The notes below the pieces were generated by a model that saw only the letters and a program-made list of their open reading frames with translations, did not search any database and was not told the DNA's origin. Source: Candidatus Binatia bacterium (GTDB lineage Bacteria > Desulfobacterota > Binatia > UBA9968 > JAJDTQ01). Taken from it: 64,000 nucleotides of DNA. The stretch is from assembly GCA_963666515.2 (NCBI GenBank), contig OY762897.2:384001-448000 (forward strand), written 5' to 3'. The first letter of the stretch is position 1. Each line of letters starts with the position of its first letter. The translations under genes and the position numbers were made by a program. Shown here in pieces: positions 37,474 to 47,642 of the stretch.

Positions 37474-37659
37474 ATGCCGCGCAACACATCGGTTTCTCTC
37501 GGGGACCACTTCGTGGGTTTCATCAACGAGCGTGTTGAGTTGGAAGATCACGAACCCAAGGTTGAGGCCCTGCGGGAAGCCCTCATCGAAGGCGAGCAGT
37601 CCGGCCCGGCGACACCGTTTGACTTCGACGCGTTCGTCACCCGCAAGAAGTCCACTTAG
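37474..37659 (+). pseudogene. ParD-type (CC2985-like) antitoxin, internally deleted, no toxin
   Basis: MPRNTSVSLGDHFVGFINERVE fused directly to LEDHEPKVEALREALIEGEQSG..FDFDAF; the usual SGRYxSASxVVRxGLRL segment is absent. Confidence 0.75.
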
Positions 37660-37734
37660 AGGCAGCGATCTGGGATCTGGTTATCGCTGGTCATGGCGCG
37701 AACGGTTTACGCCCAAGACGCCCAAGCGGGACTT

Positions 37735-37803
37735 TGAACCGCCCCGGGTTTCCTGGAGACGGAATAGTTTGAGTCAGGCCACCATGGCCGGCTCTTGGTA
37801 GCG
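37735..37803 (-). mobile_element. Solitary right end of an IS3-family (IS51/IS629-like) element
   Basis: TGAACCGCCCCGGGTTTCCTGGAGAC terminal IR, with a transposase-like tail RYQEPAMVA* on the minus strand leading into it. Confidence 0.75.
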
Positions 37804-37862
37804 TCGCCACCACTTCCGCAGGGTTGGCCGCGAAACGCCACAGCGCCGCCTGGCGGGTAACG

Positions 37863-38060
37863 TCATCGGTTTGTGTAGGTGGCTTTCGGCTTCGGTTCGT
37901 CGACACGCGGTTCCACGTCCGGCCGACTAGTTCCGTAAGGTAGGCCGAGTCGATATTCTGAACGCTTCGCCGGAGGGGTCGTTGCAATGATTGCTTGGTT
38001 CTTCTCAAAGACCTCTCGGACGCCTGGGTTCTTTTCCAGGAGTTTGTCAATGTCTAGCAT
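37863..38060 (-). CDS. Small hypothetical protein (65 aa) directly downstream of the protease
   Basis: ATG 3 nt after the protease stop, preceded by a G-rich RBS-like stretch. Confidence 0.5.
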   Translation of the reverse strand: MLDIDKLLEKNPGVREVFEKNQAIIATTPPAKRSEYRLGLPYGTSRPDVEPRVDEPKPKATYTNR

Positions 38061-38063
38061 CTT

Positions 38064-38948
38064 CTAACCCCCCCATCGGCGCCCATCGAAGATTTCTCGT
38101 GTTTGAACTACGCTCTCAAAGCCCATTTTGAGCGAATAGTCGAGCATGAGCGTATGATGATTTCTGACAGCAGTTCTCAGCACCCTATTTCGTCCGAAGT
38201 CGTCAATGTACAACTTAAGATCGCGACGGAGTCGTTGCATGTTGATTCCAATGCCGTGGGAGTTCCATTTCCCTATGTCGTTTAGTTTTTCCGCAATTTC
38301 GATAGCCCGCTTCTTCCTCATACTGTTAGTCACCGGGAGCTTTCGCGTTTTTGTAACGGTCCAATTTTTGAACTTGTACTTGGCCAACCACTCTTCCAGG
38401 AGAGCCAGCGATAAGGCCCGGGCCTGGCGATATGCGTAAAGTTCACCTTGGTCGAAACCGAGCAAGATTTGCAGTTCAGCAGCACCCGCCTCGCCACGAT
38501 TGGCTTTGTCTAACAACTCCTCATACCTCAGAAGGTATCCGAGCGCAGGCAAGAGTTGTCGGCCATCTCTGCTGGCCACTTGCGGATCAATCGGTCCAAG
38601 AACGGAATAATAGTCCATCAGGATCGCATTTCCCGACAAGGCCAAAATTGTACCCGCCGACATCGCGTGGCTGGGTATCAGAAAATCGACGTCCCTGTAG
38701 TGATGCCTCAGCGCATCGGAGATTCGGCGAGCCGTCTCAGCAAAGCCACCAGACGTCTCCAGAATGAAAACCAGCTTGCGCCGCCGCTTAGTGAGGCCTT
38801 CCACCGCATCTCGAATGCGATCATCCGCGCCAAAGGCAATATGTCCGTTATAGAAGAGACAGTCAGCGCTCAGTTCACTTTCGATTTCCAGGAGAATATC
38901 AGCCAGCCGCGCCTCTATGAGGGGGTTAGCTCCTTTTGGAGGGGCCAT
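38064..38948 (-). CDS. SDH/S49-family Clp-fold serine protease
   Basis: LETSGG, AMSAGTILAL, LGPIDPQ, WNSHG motifs. Confidence 0.85.
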   Translation of the reverse strand: MAPPKGANPLIEARLADILLEIESELSADCLFYNGHIAFGADDRIRDAVEGLTKRRRKLVFILETSGGFAETARRISDALRHHYRDVDFLIPSHAMSAGTILALSGNAILMDYYSVLGPIDPQVASRDGRQLLPALGYLLRYEELLDKANRGEAGAAELQILLGFDQGELYAYRQARALSLALLEEWLAKYKFKNWTVTKTRKLPVTNSMRKKRAIEIAEKLNDIGKWNSHGIGINMQRLRRDLKLYIDDFGRNRVLRTAVRNHHTLMLDYSLKMGFESVVQTREIFDGRRWGG

Positions 38949-38969
38949 TGAACTGGCGTCGGGGAGCCT

Positions 38970-39068
38970 TTAACGCTTGATCCAGCGTTTCGCAGCCCCA
39001 TGCTTGGCTACCATTACCGCACATCCAACCACGTCACCGGACCTCTGCTGCTCTTGTGGTCCTTTCAT
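38970..39068 (-). pseudogene. 32-aa mini ORF, probable internally deleted small basic IS-associated protein
   Basis: GAGGGG RBS; MKGPQEQQRSGDVVGCAVMVAKHGAAKRWIKR. Below the ORF-track cutoff; family resemblance is from memory. Confidence 0.4.
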
Positions 39069-39339
39069 GTGATTCCCCTCTCCGCTTGTGTAACAGTGTA
39101 TCCGATGTGACACTGTGGGACAATGTCCCACCATGGCCATGCTGAGTACCGTATGCCTGTTTCATTTGTCAAGCGTCCCTGCCCGTGGGCACCGCGGCCT
39201 CATGGGACCGAAGCGGTAGATCGTTTCTCCGTATCGGCGGCGATGCTCTCCCCGACTTTGGCGGCTGATGCCTACCCCCTAGCGTGGCCCGTACAAGAAA
39301 TGAAATTCAAACTGATCCCCTACCGGATTTTCACACCAA

Positions 39340-39367
39340 TTGACAACCGCAGACCATCCCGTACGTT
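39340..39367 (+). promoter_or_regulatory. Putative sigma70 promoter for drmAB
   Basis: TTGACA-16 nt-TACGTT, ending 6 nt before the drmA ATG. Confidence 0.5.
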
Positions 39368-39373
39368 CAAGGC

Positions 39374-42300
39374 ATGAGCTACCGAGAGCCGTTGCCCCCT
39401 GGATCTCAGCCGGCTGACTCCGCCGAAGCCCGCGCCGAGATCACCCGCGCCCTGCGGCTGGACCTCGTCGGCCCCGGCGCGGACGGCTATCTGAAGGACG
39501 AGCAACTGCCCGGCTGGGTGCGTCCGTCGAACTGGTATCTGAGCGGCTTCCTCGTTCCACGCCACGCTGCTTTTGGGCAACGCGCCGACGCGGACTCGGA
39601 CGACGAGATGGAGCCGGAGGTCTGCGAGGACATCGGCGCCGGCGACGACTCCAGCGAAGACCGGCGCGCCGCCAAGGCGGGGTTCTTCCCGTCGTCCATG
39701 GGTTTGAGCTTTCTTGCGGCTCCGGGTACCGGCCGTGTCGCCGCGGTGGTGCGCTGGGGTGACTACCGGAAGGTCGAGGGCAAGGTCTCCGCCGGAGAGG
39801 GAGATGAATCGCCGGACCGGTGGCAACGCACGCCTTGCGAAGCGCCCCTGTCCATCGTCCTGCCGGAAGACGATTCGCCGCAGCGCCTGCCCGTGCCCGG
39901 CTCCCGCGGCCTCCAAGTCCACGTCGTGGCCCGCACCATGGATGCCGGCCTCTTCGGCGGGAAGATCGCCCGGGGCACGCGCTCCGTTTCCGTATTCCTG
40001 GTGAATGACCGGGAGCCGGCCGAGGACGACCGGCGGGACGAGGCGTTCGCGTTTCAGGCGGAGATCGAACTGCGGTCCGACGTTCCCTTCGCCGTGCGGC
40101 CCGACCTCCGCCCGGTGTCCGGCGACAACTGGGATGAGCAGGTGGCCGACCTGCACTATGCCGACGTGCCCGAGTACGCCTCCGGCCACGGCGTGGCGGT
40201 GACCTGGGAAGTCCGGGGCGGCGTCTGCCGCACGTTGCGAACGGACTGGACGCCCGTGGCCGAGGTGGAGCATACCGAGCCGCTCATCCGCCTTGCGCAC
40301 ACCGAGCTGGACATGGCGGCGCTGGGCCGGCTCGCCGACGGCGAAGCCGCGCGGACGGCTCTCATGCCGCTGGTATCCAGGTACCGCGAGTGGATCGAAG
40401 CCCATGCGCTCGACGACCTCCCGGAACAACGAAAGGAAACAGCCCTGGAGTTGCTGCGCCGCGCCCGTCTGGCGGCGGGCCGCATGGAAAGGGGCATCGA
40501 GATGCTGGCTTCCGATGCCGACGTGCGGGACGCCTTCTGCATGGCCAACCGGGCGGTCGCCGGGGCGTTGGCGCGGCGCATCCAGGACCCTCCCCGCTGG
40601 CGCGCCTTCCAGATCGCGTTCGTGCTGCTGAACCTGCCCGGAATCGCCGACCCCACCGATCCCGAGCGCGAGATCGTGGACCTGCTGTTCTTCCCCACCG
40701 GCGGCGGCAAGACCGAGGCGTATCTCGGTCTGGCCGCGTTCACCATGGCGTTGCGGCGGCTGCGAAACCCCGCGGACGGCGTCCTCGCCGGCGCCGGGGT
40801 CAGCGTCGTCATGCGCTATACGCTGCGCCTGCTGACCCTGGACCAGCTCGGCCGCGCCGCGGCGCTGGTGTGCGCGCTGGAAATCGAGCGCCGGAAGGAT
40901 GCCGGCCGGTACGGCGCGTGGCCGTTCGAGATCGGCCTGTGGGTCGGCAAGGCGGGCACTCCCAACTGGCTCGGCAAGAAGGGCGACGGCAATTCGGACT
41001 CCGCGCGCGCCAAGGTCAACCGCTACAAGGACAACCCGCAGGCCCGGCCCATACCCATCCCGCTGGAGAACTGTCCCTGGTGCGCCGAGAGGTTCACGCC
41101 CGACTCCTTCACGCTGCTGCCGAACGCCGACGCGCCCGCGGACCTGCGCATTTCGTGCTCCAACTGGGAATGCGAATTCTCCGGCGACCCGCCGCTTCCC
41201 ATCGTTGCCGTGGACGAGCCCCTGTACCGGCGGCTGCCGGCCTTTCTCATCGCTACGGTGGACAAGTTCGCTTCCCTGCCGTGGGTGGGGCAATCCGGGG
41301 CGCTGCTCGGCGGCGCCGACCGCTTCGACGCCGAGGGGTTCTACGGCGCCGCCGACCCGGGGAGAGGGAACCGGCTCGCGGCGCCGTTGTTGCCGCCCGA
41401 CCTGGTGATTCAGGACGAGATGCACCTCATCTCCGGGCCGCTCGGCACCATGGCCGGCTTGTACGAGGCCGCCATCGAGACGCTGTGTGTGCGTGAGGCC
41501 GAGGGCCGGACCGTGAGGCCGAAGATCGTGGCCTCCACCGCCACCGTGCGGCAGGCGCACGAGCACATCCGGGCGCTCTTCGCCCGGCCCGACACCCAGG
41601 TATTTCCGCCGCCGGGGCCGGACCGCCGCGATTCGTTCTTCGCCCGCACGGTCCCAGCCGGCGAGAAGAACGCGCGCCAGTACGTCGGCGTCGCCGCCCA
41701 GGGCCGCAACCCCAAGGTGGTGATGCGCCGGGTGCTGCTGGCGCTGATGGCCGCGGCTGAGCGCATCTGGCGGGCCGCCGACGGCCCGCGCAACAAGCGC
41801 AACCCTGCCGACCCCTACATGACGGCTCTCGGCTACTTCAACAGCCTGCGGGAACTCGGCGGGGCGCGGCGGATCCTGGAAGAGGAAGTGCAGAACACGC
41901 TGAAGGGCTACAGCAACCGCAAACGCCTCAACGAGACGGCAAGCCTGTTCCGCGACCGCACGCGGTTCTCGGACGTGGTGGAGCTTACGTCGCGGGTCAG
42001 CGCCGACCAGGTGGCCGCGGCGCGCCGGCGGCTGGAACGTCCCTTTTTCGACGATGAGCACAACGAGCGGGTGGACTGCGCCATCGCCACCAACATGATC
42101 TCCGTGGGGCTGGACATCCAGCGGCTGGGGCTGATGGTCGTGAACGGACAGCCGAAGACCCACGCCGAGTACATCCAGGCCACCAGCAGGGTAGGGCGGG
42201 ACGACCGCCGCCCGGGGCTCGTGGTCACGCTCTACAACGTCCACAAGCCCCGGGACCGGTCCCACTACGAGCAGTTCCTGAACTACCACAACACCTTCTA

Positions 42301-42802
42301 CCGTTCGGTGGAGGTGATGAGCGTGACCCCCTTCGCCGCACGGGCGCTGGACCGCGGTTTTGCCGGTGCGCTGGTCGGCCTGGCCCGGCACGGCCGTCCG
42401 CGGATGACGCCGCGGGCGGGCGCGGAGAACGTCGAAGCGGAGCGCGCGGTGCTGGAGCCGCTGCTGCTCCACGCATTCGAGGAACGGGTGCGCGGCCAGC
42501 CGGTGCAGGACGACGCGGAGCGCGACGAGCGGCTGCGAAGCGTCCGGCGTCGCGTCGGCGACCTGCTCGATTCCTGGACCGCCATCTGGCAGGACTACCA
42601 TGCCACCGGCGCCGCCATGCAGTACCAGCGTTATGAGCGGGGCGGTGCGGGGAAACCGTTGCTCAGGGAAATGCTGGATGCGGAGTTCGAGTCGGAGCAC
42701 CACAGGAAGTTTCGCGCCAACCGCTCTCTCCGCGACGTCGAGCCCGCGGTGGACCTCCACGTGCAGGACCTTCCGGGCACTCTGGACGGGGGCGGCGGAT
42801 GA
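39374..42802 (+). CDS. drmA: DISARM helicase DrmA
   Basis: LDLVGP N-terminus, FPTGGGKT, RYTLRLLTLDQ, CPWC, QDEMH, ASTAT, EYIQATSRVGR. Confidence 0.92.
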   Translation: MSYREPLPPGSQPADSAEARAEITRALRLDLVGPGADGYLKDEQLPGWVRPSNWYLSGFLVPRHAAFGQRADADSDDEMEPEVCEDIGAGDDSSEDRRAAKAGFFPSSMGLSFLAAPGTGRVAAVVRWGDYRKVEGKVSAGEGDESPDRWQRTPCEAPLSIVLPEDDSPQRLPVPGSRGLQVHVVARTMDAGLFGGKIARGTRSVSVFLVNDREPAEDDRRDEAFAFQAEIELRSDVPFAVRPDLRPVSGDNWDEQVADLHYADVPEYASGHGVAVTWEVRGGVCRTLRTDWTPVAEVEHTEPLIRLAHTELDMAALGRLADGEAARTALMPLVSRYREWIEAHALDDLPEQRKETALELLRRARLAAGRMERGIEMLASDADVRDAFCMANRAVAGALARRIQDPPRWRAFQIAFVLLNLPGIADPTDPEREIVDLLFFPTGGGKTEAYLGLAAFTMALRRLRNPADGVLAGAGVSVVMRYTLRLLTLDQLGRAAALVCALEIERRKDAGRYGAWPFEIGLWVGKAGTPNWLGKKGDGNSDSARAKVNRYKDNPQARPIPIPLENCPWCAERFTPDSFTLLPNADAPADLRISCSNWECEFSGDPPLPIVAVDEPLYRRLPAFLIATVDKFASLPWVGQSGALLGGADRFDAEGFYGAADPGRGNRLAAPLLPPDLVIQDEMHLISGPLGTMAGLYEAAIETLCVREAEGRTVRPKIVASTATVRQAHEHIRALFARPDTQVFPPPGPDRRDSFFARTVPAGEKNARQYVGVAAQGRNPKVVMRRVLLALMAAAERIWRAADGPRNKRNPADPYMTALGYFNSLRELGGARRILEEEVQNTLKGYSNRKRLNETASLFRDRTRFSDVVELTSRVSADQVAAARRRLERPFFDDEHNERVDCAIATNMISVGLDIQRLGLMVVNGQPKTHAEYIQATSRVGRDDRRPGLVVTLYNVHKPRDRSHYEQFLNYHNTFYRSVEVMSVTPFAARALDRGFAGALVGLARHGRPRMTPRAGAENVEAERAVLEPLLLHAFEERVRGQPVQDDAERDERLRSVRRRVGDLLDSWTAIWQDYHATGAAMQYQRYERGGAGKPLLREMLDAEFESEHHRKFRANRSLRDVEPAVDLHVQDLPGTLDGGGG

Positions 42803-44700
42803 ACGGCAACGAACGCGGGCAGATACGCCGCAGCCAGGTCATCACGACGTTCGGACCCGGCGCGCTGATCGACTTGCCGCGACATTCCGCCATCGTCGGC
42901 GGACTGGAGACCTGGAGCGAGGACCTGGAGGAAATCGCCGAGCCGCGGCTCGCGGCGAAGCTGATGCAGATGACGGGAGTTCCCCATCCCCGGCTTTACG
43001 CTCCGCCGCCGGAGCCCCAGAGTCCGCTGGAAAAGAAGCGCAGCATCGGCGGGTGGCGCTTCCCGGAGTGGTTCGTGGTGCAGGAGGGCAATTGGGACGG
43101 CCGGAACTCCCGCTCCCGGCGTCTCGTGCACCGCAAGGTGCTGAACCCCCAGGGCAAATTCGAGACTCCGGGCGACAGCGGCAGGCGCGTCAGGAACGAG
43201 GTGGTGGCCACCCGTTTCGTCCGCGCCTGTGCCCGAGGCCACGTGGACGACATCGACTGGTACGCCTTCGTGCACGGCGGCGCCGACTCATGCCGGCGGC
43301 AGTTGTGGCTGGACGAGCGCGGCACCAGCGGCGACCTGGCGGAACAGGTGGTCCGTTGCGAGTGCGGCAGGCAGCGGCGCATGTACGAGGCCGCGCGGCC
43401 GGAGGATTTCGCCCTGGGGGTTTGCAGCGGCGCGCGGCCGTGGCTGGGCCGCCACGCCAGGGAGGCGTGCGGCGAGCCGAGCCGGCTGCTGATCCGCACC
43501 GCGTCGAATGCCTGGTTCCCTCAGGTGGTGAGCGCGCTCTCGTTGCCGGACCGAGGCAGCCAACTGGACCAGGCGGTTGAAGCGGTCTGGGACCGGCTGC
43601 AGATCGTCGACGATGCCGCAACCCTCGCCGTCGTGAAGAAATACCCGGAGGTGGCGAACCGTCTGGCGCCCTTCCCGGACCAGGAGGTGCTGGACGCCAT
43701 CGCGGCTCGCCGCGCCGGAGGGGCCGATGGGTCGCGTCCCATCAAGCGCGCCGAGATGGACGTCCTGCTGGCCGCGGCCGAGGGTTATGGCGACGACGAG
43801 CCCGTCGATCCCGACTTCCACGCCCGCCGCCTGCCGGAGCGGGCTTGGCGCCGGTCGGGACGAATCGATGACCGTGACTACGATCCCCATGACCGGGATG
43901 AGTTGCCGGACTCGGCCTGGCGCCGTTCGGGGCGGTTTGACGCCGTGGAAGCGGTCATCCAGGTCCACCGGCTCCGGGAAGTGTTGGCGCTGGCCGGGTT
44001 CACGCGACTGGAAGCCGTGATGCCCGACGTGGACGGCGAGTACGATGCAACGGTCGAACGCGCCGACCTCGCGCGGGAGCCGCAGTGGTTTCCCGCGGTG
44101 GAGAATCGCGGCGAGGGCATCGTGGTGCAGCTCCGCGCCGAGACCGTGCGGGAGTGGCTGGCACGGGATGCGGTGAAAGCGAGGCTCGACACGCTGATGG
44201 CCGGACACGAGGCCTGGGCAGCGAAACGGAGCGGAAGGCGTTCCACGCCGCCGCAGTTTCCGGGCGGACCGTACGTGCTGCTGCATACGCTGGCGCACCT
44301 GCTGATTCAATCGCTGGCCTTGCGGTGCGGCTACCCGGCCGCTTCGATTCGTGAGCGCATCTTCGTCGATGACGCGGGCGCCCGGCACGCGTTGCTCCTC
44401 TACACAGCAACGCCGGACGCCGAAGGCACCCTGGGCGGCCTCGTGCAGCAGGCGCGCGACATCGAGGCGCATCTGCGCCAGTCCCTGGAAACGGGAGCGC
44501 TGTGCTCCAACGATCCGGTCTGCGCCGAGCATGTGCCCGGCGACAGCATGGAAGAACGCTGGCTCCACGGCGCCGCCTGCCACGGCTGCGCGCTGATCGC
44601 CGAGCCCTCCTGCGAGATGCGCAACGAGTACCTGGACCGCGCGCTGGTGGTGCCGACCCTCCAGGCGCGGGATGCGGCCTTCTTCAACGCGCCCGTTTGA
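42799..44700 (+). CDS. drmB: DISARM DUF1998 protein DrmB
   Basis: IRRSQVITTFGPGA start; LLHTLAHLLI, GTLGGLV, CSNDPVC...AACHGC...SCE; ATGA overlap with drmA. Confidence 0.92.
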   Translation: MNGNERGQIRRSQVITTFGPGALIDLPRHSAIVGGLETWSEDLEEIAEPRLAAKLMQMTGVPHPRLYAPPPEPQSPLEKKRSIGGWRFPEWFVVQEGNWDGRNSRSRRLVHRKVLNPQGKFETPGDSGRRVRNEVVATRFVRACARGHVDDIDWYAFVHGGADSCRRQLWLDERGTSGDLAEQVVRCECGRQRRMYEAARPEDFALGVCSGARPWLGRHAREACGEPSRLLIRTASNAWFPQVVSALSLPDRGSQLDQAVEAVWDRLQIVDDAATLAVVKKYPEVANRLAPFPDQEVLDAIAARRAGGADGSRPIKRAEMDVLLAAAEGYGDDEPVDPDFHARRLPERAWRRSGRIDDRDYDPHDRDELPDSAWRRSGRFDAVEAVIQVHRLREVLALAGFTRLEAVMPDVDGEYDATVERADLAREPQWFPAVENRGEGIVVQLRAETVREWLARDAVKARLDTLMAGHEAWAAKRSGRRSTPPQFPGGPYVLLHTLAHLLIQSLALRCGYPAASIRERIFVDDAGARHALLLYTATPDAEGTLGGLVQQARDIEAHLRQSLETGALCSNDPVCAEHVPGDSMEERWLHGAACHGCALIAEPSCEMRNEYLDRALVVPTLQARDAAFFNAPV

Positions 44701-44734
44701 GACCTCCGTTTTGACCTCCGATGGGCGACGTTAG

Positions 44735-44763
44735 TTGACACCCCTCCGCCCGTATACTACGCT
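44735..44763 (+). promoter_or_regulatory. Putative sigma70 promoter of the nuo operon
   Basis: TTGACA-17 nt-TACGCT, 54 nt before nuoA. Confidence 0.55.
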
Positions 44764-44817
44764 CCCATTCCAGCCTCCGCATGACTTTCCACACAAGACC
44801 GTGCGCGGCGATGCATC

Positions 44818-45219
44818 ATGGGTAGCGACACGCTCTGGCCGCTGGGCCTGTACTTTCTGATTGCTCTCGTGGTGGCCGGGAGCATGATCGGGTTGTCGTT
44901 CGTCCTCGGCGAACGGCATTCGGATCGTGCCACCGGGCAGCCCTACGAGTCCGGCATCGTCTCCACCGGCTCGGCCCGGGTGCGGCTGTCCGTCAAGTTC
45001 TACATCGTCGCGATGCTGTTCGTGATCTTCGACCTCGAAGCCGTCTTCATCTTCGCCTACGCGGTGGCGTACGAGGAGGTGGGCTGGCCCGGCTACGCCG
45101 GCATGGTGGTGTTCGTCGCGATCCTGGTGGTGGCGCTGATCTACGAGTACCGCATGGGCGCCTTGGATTGGGAGCCGCTTCGACTCAGGCTGGCCAAGGC
45201 CGGTCGGGAGAAAGGGTAG
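44818..45219 (+). CDS. nuoA: NADH:quinone oxidoreductase subunit A
   Basis: [25 protein letters not shown]. Confidence 0.95.
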   Translation: MGSDTLWPLGLYFLIALVVAGSMIGLSFVLGERHSDRATGQPYESGIVSTGSARVRLSVKFYIVAMLFVIFDLEAVFIFAYAVAYEEVGWPGYAGMVVFVAILVVALIYEYRMGALDWEPLRLRLAKAGREKG

Positions 45220-45228
45220 AGGGACCCC

Positions 45229-45858
45229 ATGCAATGGTCGTTGTCCAAGCCCAGGCCGGCCGAGCCGGAGAAGGGCGGCTTCGACGAAGCCATACGGAAG
45301 CTGCTGGTCATGGCCCGCCTGGAAGACTTGGTCCGGTGGGGGCGCAAGAACTCCATGTGGCCGTTCCATTTCGGGCTGTCCTGCTGCTTCGTGGAGATGG
45401 CCACCAGCCTCACCAGCAAGTTCGACGTGGCCCGCTTCGGCGCCGAGGTCATCCGCGGGACGCCCCGGGAGGCCGACGTCATCGTCATCGCGGGCACCCC
45501 TTTCATCAAGATGGCGCCCATCGTGAAGCGGCTGTACGAGCAGATGATGGAGCCCCGCTGGGTCATCTCCATGGGCGCCTGCGCCAACTCCGGCGGCATG
45601 TACGACATCTACAGCGTGGTCCAGGGGGTGGACAAGATCCTGCCGGTGGACGTGTACGTGCCGGGCTGCCCGCCCAGTCCCTGGGCGTTCCTGGAAGCGC
45701 TGACGCTGCTGCAGAAGGCCGTCGGCAACGAGCGCCGTCCGCTGAGCTGGATGGTGGGTCCCCAGGGCGTCGAGAAGGCGCCGATGGCGGCCATGCGGGA
45801 CGTGAAGCGGCCCGACCGCATCCGCGCAACCAGCCTGCGCTCCCCGGACGAAGTCTAG
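45229..45858 (+). CDS. nuoB: NADH:quinone oxidoreductase subunit B
   Basis: [24 protein letters not shown]. Confidence 0.96.
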   Translation: MQWSLSKPRPAEPEKGGFDEAIRKLLVMARLEDLVRWGRKNSMWPFHFGLSCCFVEMATSLTSKFDVARFGAEVIRGTPREADVIVIAGTPFIKMAPIVKRLYEQMMEPRWVISMGACANSGGMYDIYSVVQGVDKILPVDVYVPGCPPSPWAFLEALTLLQKAVGNERRPLSWMVGPQGVEKAPMAAMRDVKRPDRIRATSLRSPDEV

Positions 45859-45860
45859 TC

Positions 45861-47609
45861 ATGAGTGATGCGCCCGCGGTGGTGACCGAGCTCGAAGGCC
45901 GTTTCGGCGCCGGCGCCTTCACGGCGCAGGAGACCCGGAGCGGCTTTCCGACCCTGTGGACCACCAGCGAGCGCCTGCCCGCGGTCCTCAAGTTCCTCAA
46001 GACCGAGGTGGACCGCCCCTTCGGCACGCTGTACGACCTCACCGCCATCGACGAACGCTTCCGCCAGCAGCGGGACGGCCAGCCCGACAGCGACTTCACC
46101 GTCCTCTACCACCTGCTGTCCTACGGGCGGAACGAAGACATCTGCATCAAGGTGCCCCTGGACGACGGCGACGCCTCGCTGCCCACGGCCACCGGCCTGT
46201 GGCCTTCGGCCAACTGGTACGAGCGCGAGGTGTGGGACATGTTCGGCGTTCGCTTCGACGGCCATCCCTCGCTACGCCGCATCCTCATGCCGCTCACCTG
46301 GGAGGGCCACCCCCTGCGCAAGGAGCACCCGGCCCGGGCCACGGAGATGGGTCCGTTCCAGCTTCCCGACGAGCGCCAGGACCGGGAGCAGGAGGCGCTC
46401 CGGTTCCGGCCCGAGGACTGGGGCATGAAGCGCACCCGCGAGGGCACGGACTTCATGTTCCTCAACGTGGGGCCGCAGCATCCCGGCACCCACGGCGTCA
46501 TCCGCATCGTCCTGCAGCTCGACGGCGAGGAGATCGTCGACTGCCTGCCCGAGATCGGCTTCCACCACCGCGGCGCGGAGAAGATGGGGGAGCGGCAGTC
46601 CTGGCACTCCTTCATCCCCTACACCGACCGCATCGACTACCTGGGCGGGGTCATGAACAACCTGGCCTACGTCCTCTCGGTGGAGCAGCTCGCCGGCATC
46701 GACGTGCCCGACCGCGCCCAGGTGATCCGGGTGATGATGTCGGAGTTCTTCCGCATCGCCAGCCACCTGGTGTGGTACGGCACCTTCGCCCAGGACGTGG
46801 GCTCCCTCTCCGCGGTCTTCTACACCTTCAACGACCGGGAGCGGATCTTCGACATCGTCCAGGCGGTGTGCGGCGGGCGCATGCACCCGAGCTGGTTCCG
46901 CATCGGCGGCGTGGCCCACGACCTGCCCAAGGGCTGGCAGGGGATGGTGCGGGATTTCATCGACTACCTGCCGGACCGGCTCGAGGAATACGACAAGATC
47001 GTGATGCAGAACCGCGTCTTCAAGGCGCGGACCCAGGGCATCGGCGCCTACACCGTGGACGAGGCCATCGACTGGGGCGTCACCGGACCGGGGCTCAGGG
47101 CCTGCGGCTTCGACTGGGACTTCCGCAAGAAGCGGCCCTACTCGGGCTACGACCAGTTCGAGTTCGACGTCCCCACCGCGGAGAAGGGCGACTGCTACGA
47201 CCGCGCGGTGGTGCGCATCGAGGAGATCCGCCAGAGCCTGCGGATCATCGACCAGTGCCTCAAGAACATGCCGCCCGGCCACTACAAGTCGGACCACCCT
47301 CTCACCACGCCGCCGCGCAAGGAGCGCACGATGCACGACATCGAGACGCTCATCAACCATTTCCTGAGCGTGAGCTGGGGGCCGGTGATCCCGGCCGGGG
47401 AATCGTTCATGGGCATCGAGGCCACCAAGGGCAACAACGGCTACCGGCTGGTGAGCGACGGCGGCACCATCCCGTACCGGGTGCGCATACGCACGCCGTC
47501 CTTCGCCCACATGCAGATGATCCCGCTGATGAGCCGGGGCACCATGGTGCCGGACCTGCTGGCGATACTCGGCAGCATCGACTTCGTGCTGGCGGACATC
47601 GACCGATGA
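45861..47609 (+). CDS. nuoCD: Fused NADH:quinone oxidoreductase subunit C/D
   Basis: [11 protein letters not shown]...GHPLRKE followed in frame by [11 protein letters not shown]...RIDYL...DIDR. Confidence 0.96.
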   Translation: MSDAPAVVTELEGRFGAGAFTAQETRSGFPTLWTTSERLPAVLKFLKTEVDRPFGTLYDLTAIDERFRQQRDGQPDSDFTVLYHLLSYGRNEDICIKVPLDDGDASLPTATGLWPSANWYEREVWDMFGVRFDGHPSLRRILMPLTWEGHPLRKEHPARATEMGPFQLPDERQDREQEALRFRPEDWGMKRTREGTDFMFLNVGPQHPGTHGVIRIVLQLDGEEIVDCLPEIGFHHRGAEKMGERQSWHSFIPYTDRIDYLGGVMNNLAYVLSVEQLAGIDVPDRAQVIRVMMSEFFRIASHLVWYGTFAQDVGSLSAVFYTFNDRERIFDIVQAVCGGRMHPSWFRIGGVAHDLPKGWQGMVRDFIDYLPDRLEEYDKIVMQNRVFKARTQGIGAYTVDEAIDWGVTGPGLRACGFDWDFRKKRPYSGYDQFEFDVPTAEKGDCYDRAVVRIEEIRQSLRIIDQCLKNMPPGHYKSDHPLTTPPRKERTMHDIETLINHFLSVSWGPVIPAGESFMGIEATKGNNGYRLVSDGGTIPYRVRIRTPSFAHMQMIPLMSRGTMVPDLLAILGSIDFVLADIDR

Positions 47610-47642
47610 GGAGCATCGCAGCGAAGCTTTGACGAGGTTCCC

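Noticed and set aside
39114-39131. Palindrome as an IS4 end junction (shares TGTGGGACA/TGTCCCAC with the IR)
   Set aside because: The terminal CAGCAGTG/CACTGCTG bases are missing from the junction and the match is only 8-9 bp.
31536-39373. Integron cassette array or prophage explaining the cargo
   Set aside because: No repeated attC-like sites, integrase or phage genes seen; gene orientations are mixed.
44697-44720. Short direct repeat GACCTCCG after drmB as an attachment site
   Set aside because: No matching copy seen at the left border and no integrase or tRNA.
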